The translations under genes were made by a program, and so were the position numbers. Shown piece after piece: positions 39,601 to 48,600 of a stretch of DNA of 64,000 bases (position 1 is the first letter of the stretch; every line of letters starts with the position of its first letter). Source of the DNA: Candidatus Danuiimicrobium aquiferis. GTDB taxonomy: Bacteria > Omnitrophota > Omnitrophia > Omnitrophales > Danuiimicrobiaceae. Where the stretch lies: contig MHFR01000048.1 in assembly GCA_001804285.1 (NCBI GenBank), positions 43,622 to 107,621 of the forward strand, read 5' to 3'. The notes below the pieces were generated by a model. That model had not been told where the DNA came from and searched no databases. It was given only the letters and a program-made list of their open reading frames with translations.

Positions 39601-42600
39601 AACTACATGATTTCAAACAAGACGAACAGAATAAAACCCAGTTGAGGGCTATTTGCAATAGACTTTTATCGAGGATTAAAGAGAAGAAATTAAGCGCGGA
39701 GCAAAAGAGGCAGTATTATCGCATTTTGGGGAAGATATACTTGCTAATGAGCCAAAAGGGAAGAAATGAGACTTATATGCCTTATGTTGTGGCATTAAAA
39801 ATTGCTGTGTTTCAGGAAGTTAATGCCGTGATTATCTCAAAAAGTTACGATTTAAAAAAATTGAAAGAACATCTTCGGTATCCCCAAAAATCAGATGCGA
39901 TTCAAAAACGAGTTGCGGCATTCGTAATCGGACAAGCGCGGCATGAGCCGAAGGATATTCCCGAAATCGTTGAGGCGTTGGGGGATCAGCTGATTAAAAG
40001 CGATGATTATCATGTCAGAGCAGAATGCGCGAAAGCTCTTGGATTAATCCGGCATTCAAAGGGGAAATCTTATTTGTTCATGTCGTTTTTTAGCACGAAG
40101 GAAACAGATTCAAGCGTGAAGGAATGGGTGGAATGGGCACTTGCCAGATATAATGTTAATTGGGAAGCGAATGCCGAGGCATATTATGAGAAAGAGCTTT
40201 TACCGATCCAGAGAAGAATTGAACAATTTGAAAGAATAACGGATTTGCGGAAAAGCACCCAACCCCGGCCGGCTTTTTGGGAACAAATCAAAGAAGGGCT
40301 GCAGTCTTTTCAGTCTTTATATAGAAAAGCCGGGCAGACTTATTTTGAATATGCACAAATGAAGCGGATGGAAGGGGATGATGAAACGGCTCTTAAACAT
40401 TATAAAGAAGCGATCAATTTGCTCGGCAAAGCGGGGTGGGAGGGCAATGCATTTCCATTTATTGTTCAACAGGAAATCGCTGAAATCTATTGGACGTTAA
40501 ATCAACCGGCGAAAATGCGTGAAGCACTTTTAAAGATGATTTTACCCGGCGCAGCATTTGAATTGGTCAAAGGCAAGGAGATAAAAGAGCAACGAAACAT
40601 TCAAGATTTCTTGATGCCGATTGAAATATACCAGCGATTGGCGTTTGAGCGGTTTTTCATCTGGAATGGATTTAAACCGGAAACGGCAGAAGTGATGGCG
40701 GCCGCGCTGAATCATTATATTGAGAGGAAATATAATGAACTCATACACGATTTTGGTTATGTCGGCAAAATGGACGAAGTCGATGCCAGGGAGCAACTGA
40801 TTCGAAAAGATATTGAAATTCTTGAAGAAATTAATAAAAAAATTATCCCAAAACTTTACATCGAAGATGAAAAAGCAGGAAAAATTCCATTTCTCAAATT
40901 AATGATTCTGGTGACAACCAATATGTATTATCAGCGCTTTCCCAAACTCATGCAATGGATTGTTCAAACTTTGAGCGAAGAAAAAATTCCACCGGAAATT
41001 CAAAAGCCGACCAATCCGGAAGCAAAATTCCTTCAGGATCTTTTTGTGGAAATTGGGCTTATCCAGGGTTCGAACGAGGGGGCGGCCGGCGGACGTAGCG
41101 AAATCCGTTCAAAAGGGGAAGAGTATCTTAATAGGCATGCGTTGATCAATGAATTTGGGACATTCAAAAGAGCGAATTTAGAAAAAGAATTTATGCCATT
41201 CCTGAATCAGCTGAAGTCGCAAGACTCCGTGCTGATTGAACGTGGATTCGAGAACATCAAACAACATTTAAATGCGGAGCTTAAACGGGCGAAGCAGCTT
41301 AGCAGACAGGATGAAGCGAAACGAGTGCGTTCGTTTGTGGCCGGAAGACTCGTTGCGATGATCCCGAGAATGAAGGAAAGATACATTCCGAATGTAGTCG
41401 AACTCTATGAAATACTTTTAGGGTCGATGACTTATTCCGTTTCCAGGTATCTTGGGTCGGGCGTCGCGCGTGACCCGGAAACGCAGATCCGTATCCGTCT
41501 TTTAAAGATTCTGCAGAAAGGCTCTGAAACCGGCACGCGGCCAAATATTGCAATCAGTATTCTTAAAAGTGAAACATTCGCAGGCAGTCGCGGTTTATTA
41601 AAGACTGAACCGGAAAAAGAATATTTGAAAATTGTTGATCAAACTATTTTAAAACGGATCGCGAAGGCATTCCGCGCGGGAGATGCGAGGCAACGTTTGT
41701 CGCTACTTCAGGACCTGCTCGAAGGAGTGCGCGCGTCGAAAGGTTTCGCAATCGAAGTTTCAAATCAGTCTTTATCCTCGCTTTTGGTCGGGGTTCTTGG
41801 CCGTTTCCGTTTTTCAGTTGAGGAATCAATCATCATGAATGAAATTAAAAAGACCGTGGAAAACCAGGCAGCTTCTCCGCTCATCCGGCAAGTTCGTAGG
41901 GCGATGGTTTTCGGGATGCTCAATCCGCCTGTCTATCAAAATCTTGACGATATATATTTTTATGATTCCGACCGGGCCATCTATCACGCGGCTATTCTTT
42001 TGGAGCATGGATTGATTCCGTTGATTCATTTGCCTGTTTTTGCATCGGGCATACAAGACAAAAATGATTTGCATAAAGAGCAGAAATATTCCGAACAAAT
42101 TTTTTCCGGGATTAAACGGCTAAGAAAAGAAAATCCAAAAGCGCTTTTGGCGGTGGGTGGAATTAAAAATTTTCAAGCCGCAATGAGAGCTGTCGAAAAC
42201 GGAGTGAATGTATTATTTGTTTCAAAATCACTGTCTTCGAGGCAGATTAAAAAATTAAAGTGGTATGCGGAAAAAATTCATCCGGAAAATCCGGATATTT
42301 TGGTCCTTTCAGGTGTTGAACGGGGTAAGAAAATGACACGGGGGCTAAATCGGCAAACAGGCGGCGGATTTCTGGCGCTCGATAAGCCTGAGGAAGCTGC
42401 GGTAAACGAAGATGAGATTCAGCGGCTGAAAAGGCTTCAAGAAAAACGCCCGCAAAATGTCTTCGGTTTTTATTGGTTGTTTTTAAACCGAGCGGTTGAA
42501 GAAGCTATGAAAACACCGGCCGATTTTATAGTGGTAGATGCGGAATTTTCTTTAGGGACTCAAGCCGAGATCACTGCGCAATGGCTCGAAAATTTGAAGA

Positions 42601-45600
42601 ATGAAACGATCCAACAGAGAATACGCCAGCGCCGACTGGATAAAAGAACGGTTTCTGGAAAACCGGAAGGACGGGCCGAGGTTCGTAACCTTGAAAGTAA
42701 TTCCAATCGGTTATCAACAGGGACGAACGAAAGTACTTTTAAACTTCCGAAGAGAAGTTTAAAACGTGCCGAAGCTCGGTCCCCGATAGCTGATTTGGCG
42801 AAAAAAGGTCAAGTAGCGAACATGTTTTCCGAGGAAGATCCGTCTGTGGTTTATTTGGCGGCGAAAAAAATGAAAGATGCGGCGGGAACCGTTCTTGCCC
42901 ACCGGATGAGTGCGATCGATAAAGACTTGGTTGGGCCAGTTTTTGGATTGGTGATCGAAACGGATGAGGGGCAATCCTTTCTGATTCAACGGTTGGCTGA
43001 AGGAACTTTTGACGAGAACATTCAAACCAGAGAATGGATTGCGGTTCATACGGTTCAGGAAACCCGCGCCGGACCGGAAACAGACGATCAAAGTTGGACG
43101 ATTATTTCAGAGCAGCCTCAGTATCTTACCACACCGGAAGCCATTCAAAATATCCGCTTAGGCGAACATGTTCAAATTGCTTATCAGCAAAAAACAGAAA
43201 AAAATCAGGCAGCAATTATTTTAACCGCACCCAATTCAACAGATCGCCGGAAACTAACCATTTATTCAGTTGAGATTCTTCCGGAAGGAATTCAAGCGGT
43301 AGACTCGACGGCTGATGACGCGGAGGCTATAGATCCTTATTTATATGATTTTCAAGATCAAGAACCGGGGAGCGCTGTTGTAGAAGAGAGAGCGCCGAAG
43401 CGAACGGTTCCTGATTTTTCTGATACCTTAGCGCCAAAAGCCAAAAAGGCGCCTCGTTCTTTTGCTTCGGCTAAGAAAAGAATTTTCCGCGCGTTGAAAC
43501 GAATTCCGTTTTTATTCTTTGTTTTTCTGATTGGCGGAAGCGTTGTCCTTTCTTATTTTTATATTCACAGCCTTGAAACAGAAACGATGCGAGGCGTTAC
43601 ATATCAGCATCTTCCTTTTGTTGCAAGCCAGATTGAATGGAAAGATTTAACTCGCGAAAGATATTTATCCAATAATCCGAATTCAACGGTAGATGATGTG
43701 TTGACGTCCGAACTTGCCGAGCCCATACGAATGCTTGCCCAATATAATCAGCAACGGTGGCTTCAGATTTACCGGATTGAAATTGCGAATGCAAAAGTTC
43801 CCGTATCTCAGCCGGCGCAAACCGGAAACAATTTTCGTGTCGGGGCAACTCCTGTTTCCAACGAAACAAAACCAGCCCTTCAAATCGGTGTTTTTCATGA
43901 CCGGACATTGGGGGAACCCAACCCGCCATTTCCGCAGGAAACGATTGTCTCCCTTGATCCGTTAGATCGTAAAGCACTGCATCAGTTTAAAGTGGCGGTG
44001 TATGGGAAGCCGGCCGCGCAATACAACTTGGATTTTGCTCGTCAGCAAAAAGATGCCATTACCTATTGGACATATTTTTATTTATTTGCCGGTGTCATTA
44101 TTTTTGCCGCGGGATTGGTCAGTGAATTTGTATTCCGCAAAAGCCGAATTATCAGGCGTGAAAATATTCGCGCGGACCGACGAGAGAGAAACGCACGCGA
44201 ATTCCGGCAAGCCGAAGGTCATTCGGGGCGAACAGAAGGCGGTGAACGAGGAAGGGCCGAAGTGCGTGCCGCGAAAAACGTTTTTAGATTAAAGGTAGTT
44301 GTGGTCCCGGGGCTTAGCCGGTACCGTGAAATTGAAGGCCATCAGGTTTTTACAAAGCCTTTGGCGGATATGACGGATGAGATGAGGCGGAAACTCAACG
44401 AATGGTTTAAGCCGTTTATGGGAGAAGGCTTTTATCAATTTGTGACAACAACCGGAATGCCGGATTTTATATTTTTGACGAAAGTACAAATTGTGTCGGG
44501 AAATGTGATCAAGCAAACGTTGGAAGATGAGTCCGGCGCCGAGCCGGCGGAGGCTGACCAAAGCTATCAACTCATCACGTTTATTCCGCTAACACCTTTT
44601 GCTGTCCAGCAAACCGGTTTATTTAAAACATTGGTTCGCGAATATATGAAACAAGCCAATATAAAAGAGCCTATTTATTTTTTACGGAGCCATGTTTATC
44701 GGACAACCACTCCTGAAGTGAATATAGAACAAAAGGAAGAATCAAGAGAAATTACCATTACGCGTTCAGGGCATTCAAGCCTTGTGATTGAAGAAATGGG
44801 GCGTGCCGAAGGTCGCAACCTTGCACCGGAAAAGGGAACAGGCATATTACTCAAAAGAGAACAATTGCCTGTCCCCTTTTCCGGTAAATCCGAGCTGCGC
44901 CACATTGAAAATAGTTCCGAGTTTTCAGTTCCGAGTTTCAGGTTAGGACGAATGGATCAACTCGAAACTCAATTCAGGGCCGAAGCCCGTAACGAAATTG
45001 CTGCGGAACTCAATCCGGGATTGGAAGCAGTTTTTATCCGGGCGCCGAAGAACGTGCTGGCAGGTATTGTAAAAGAGCTTTATCCAACCGATGATGCACG
45101 CCGGACCGGATTCCTGAATTTAATCCAAAATCCGGAAGCGGATCACGATCGCTGGCTCCCCGTAGGCCATCGATTACTTCTCGGCTGGTGGAGAGAAGCG
45201 CCTTATGCGGGGACGATGGTTTTGACATTTGATTTGCGAAAATTAAATGCCGCGCAAATTCGGGAATTCAAGCGTAAACGCGAAGGAAAGCACGCACTTG
45301 AAGGTGATTTCTGGCTTTACATTAATCGGGTTATCAGACGGATAACTGGCCAATCGATTGAGTTAGGCGGGGTTGAATCTGACGATAAGACGCTTTCTCC
45401 TGAAGAATTGCTTTTGCGATTGAAAATTCTTGAGCCAACCTGGACTTCCGGGAATATTGACGCACTGATTCACGTCGGAAATTTTTTCCGGGCAAAAGGA
45501 GATTTGGGACGTGCAGAGTTTTTTCTCAGAAAAGCAGCGGAGCTTCTTCCGGAAAACGAAGATTCGTTTTGGCGGGATCAACAGGCGAAAAAAATAATTA

Positions 45601-48600
45601 ATATTCTCACGGCTGCTTATGAAAATGTGGCAACAGAATATATTAAAATCGGGGATCGCGACAGTTTGCAAAAAGCCAGAACGCTTTTGGATTTTGTCTT
45701 CTATGGATTACTTAATCAATATCCTTTAAAGGATTCAGTTGCCCGCGTGGCCGGTCGTTATAATCAGCTCGTCGGTATTTTATATCACAGAGATTTAAGA
45801 GATGCAGGGGATGCGTTAAAGAAAGAAATCAGTTTGCTTAGGCAATATCGGGTGGCATCGCGGGTACCCGAACAGGCAAAATATGTGTTTGGAACAACCT
45901 TGAAATTAATTCGGGCATACTGGGGAGAATCGCCGTCGACATGGGGTCTTCGCACTTATCAAAATAGACACGAAGGAGCGATGCGTAGGCGTGACGATGC
46001 GATCGAATGGATGAAAATAGCGGAAACATTAACGGGAGATCCCGAATTTAGGGCTCATATGACGGATGCGCAAATCCGGGATTTTGAAAAAATGAAAACA
46101 TATTATGGCGGTTTGCAAGGGGAGTTCAGCTGGATCACAAATGGTGACTATGGCACTCCCGGACATATGATGCTGGAATTCCGGGGTGCAATGCATCATC
46201 AGGATATTCAAGCGATTCAGCGGCGTTCACCTTTAGTGTTAAAGCATATTGAGTATTGCAGGAATAATAGAACAAACAGGAGATTACAGCCCCAAGAGCG
46301 GCTGATCATGCGCGAAATTCGTTCGTTTGAGAAACGGCATGAGTGGGATGATGTTAACCGTTCAGAAGACGAAACGCGGAGGTCGGAAGCGCGCGAGGAA
46401 TCTGCCGAGAAACGCGAACTTCCCGAAGAAATACAAGCGGCGGTTGAATTAATTCGTCAGGCAATGGAATCATTCCAAGCCGGAACAAAAGAACGGGAGC
46501 GAATGAAATGGGCTTATCAGTATTTTACGGAATTATTTCAAAAAGGAAAACTCCGGATTGAAATTATCGAAGGCTATGAGACATTTGCAAGTAAAGGCAG
46601 TACGGATCATGACCCAATGGTGATCAAGGTCGGGGCGCAAAATCTCGCAAGCCCCGAAATTACGGCGCGGGCGCTTATTGTTGGATTTTATTTGCTGTAT
46701 TTAAAGCCGGAAAATAAAACGGAACCGGTCTTTAAAAAGACGGTAATTGGAAAAGCAAAGTGGTTAACGGAAAAGACGGATTTTCATTTTCCTAAAACGC
46801 CGGCAGAAAAAAGCGAAGAAGGGGCGTTGCGGGCAATTGGGCCTCAAACGGTAAAAGAGTTGGGTGAACTTAAAGATCATTTGGCGTCGATCCGGTCGGA
46901 GTCCGCAAAAGAAGCGGCGCGTGATGCAAGGAATGTTCAAGTTGATCCTGTGATGGTTCAGGCCTTGCAACAGTTTGCGAATGAGAGCAAAGGCAATCTT
47001 ACGGAGGCGTGGCGGCTTTATGCCGAAATTCTGAATGAACATCTTGAACACCGGCAATCGGAAAAACTGGTTCAGTTTTTGACGCAATTTTTAAATACGT
47101 TTTTAATTGTGGTTGCCAAAAGGAGTACATTCCAGGACCTATTCTTAGAAGTCCCCGAATCATTTGCTGAAACGCTCATTGATTATTTTAATTCTCCCGC
47201 GCCGGGGCAGGGAGGGATTGATGATTACCGTGCATTACTTCTGGAATCAATTCGGTCCATTAATCCGGACGCATTGGACCGTTTCATCGGTAACAAAGCG
47301 CTTTTGTTTGGGATTGCAAAGATGATTGAATCGGCCGAGGTCAGTGTGAAAATTGCCCGCGGAAAAATATCATCGTCCCGGATTTCGGCAACTGCGGCCG
47401 CAGGCCGGCAAACATTAAGAGAATTAGCGGCCCAAGCGGGCGGAAATTTACTCCCGTTACTCGAAGGGGCGAGAGTGATTACGGATACAGGTCGTTTGCT
47501 TCCAGGTCCGGAACCGAGTGGTGCCGGTGCTGATGGTGTGCTGGCTCCGGGGACTGTCCGGCCCGTAAAAGATCATCTTCCCGTAAACGCGGAATATAAG
47601 GGTTTTCAGGCAGCGCTTCGAAATGCGCTTAAAGCGGCTTTAAAGAAAAAACCAATTCCGTCGTTTGTTGAATTTGCAGAACGCGAAGTCCCAAGGCTCC
47701 TTGAAAATATGCATCACGCATTTGAGCAAAGAGAGAACAAGATTCGCGGAGGGCTGGACGAGCTTTCTGAGTGGCTGAAATTCTTGCATAATCAGGTTGC
47801 GGGTGGCGGCCCCCTGAATGGGGATTGGGCAACTTTTATTTCTAAAACCGAGGGAGCAGAATTTCAAGGGGCCGGAAAAGATTTGGGAAAAGAAAAATTA
47901 TCCGAACTTTATACCGTTATTTTCCTTGCGCAAACGATTTATGCCTATTTGCATGCCGGCCGGTATCAAACGACTGCTGCCGATGCTCGCAATGAAATTA
48001 ATAATCGTTTAAAAGCGCTGGCTGAGAGCGAAGGGCCTCCTGTTTTTAGCGCGGTTCAGCAGTGGTTTACGCGTTTTGAGCATGACGTTCAAACGGCCGA
48101 AACGCAAGCGGCAACACAGGCATCGATTATTCAAGCAAGACGGGACGATTATGAAGCGCGGACAACCAAAGTGCGAAGGCCGAAAGAAGGGGCAGGGGCG
48201 GCGGCTCACGTGGAATCAAACGCTATTCCGGTGGCGGAAGAACCGCAGGCCATTGCTCAGGAGCCGACGTTTAAAGGATTTCAGCAACGGTTGGTCCATG
48301 CGAAACTGAATGCGACGATATTAAATGCGGACCGCGAAAAAGCAATGGCGACTTTGGTTTTCTTGGTTGCGGGTGAGGAGAAAAAAGGGCTTGAAGCCAT
48401 GCCGGCATATCTGGCAAGGACAAAAGACAATTATGACAAGGGACGGAGAACTTTGTTGATGCAGCTTCACCCGGATCGGTTAAGAAGAAAACCTACGGCG
48501 GTAGAACAGAAAATATATCAATTTTTTGATCAATACAAAGATTTTCCGGGAACCGGACAAGGATTTAAAACGGGCGGGGATTTCGGGACGCAGTTGGTTG

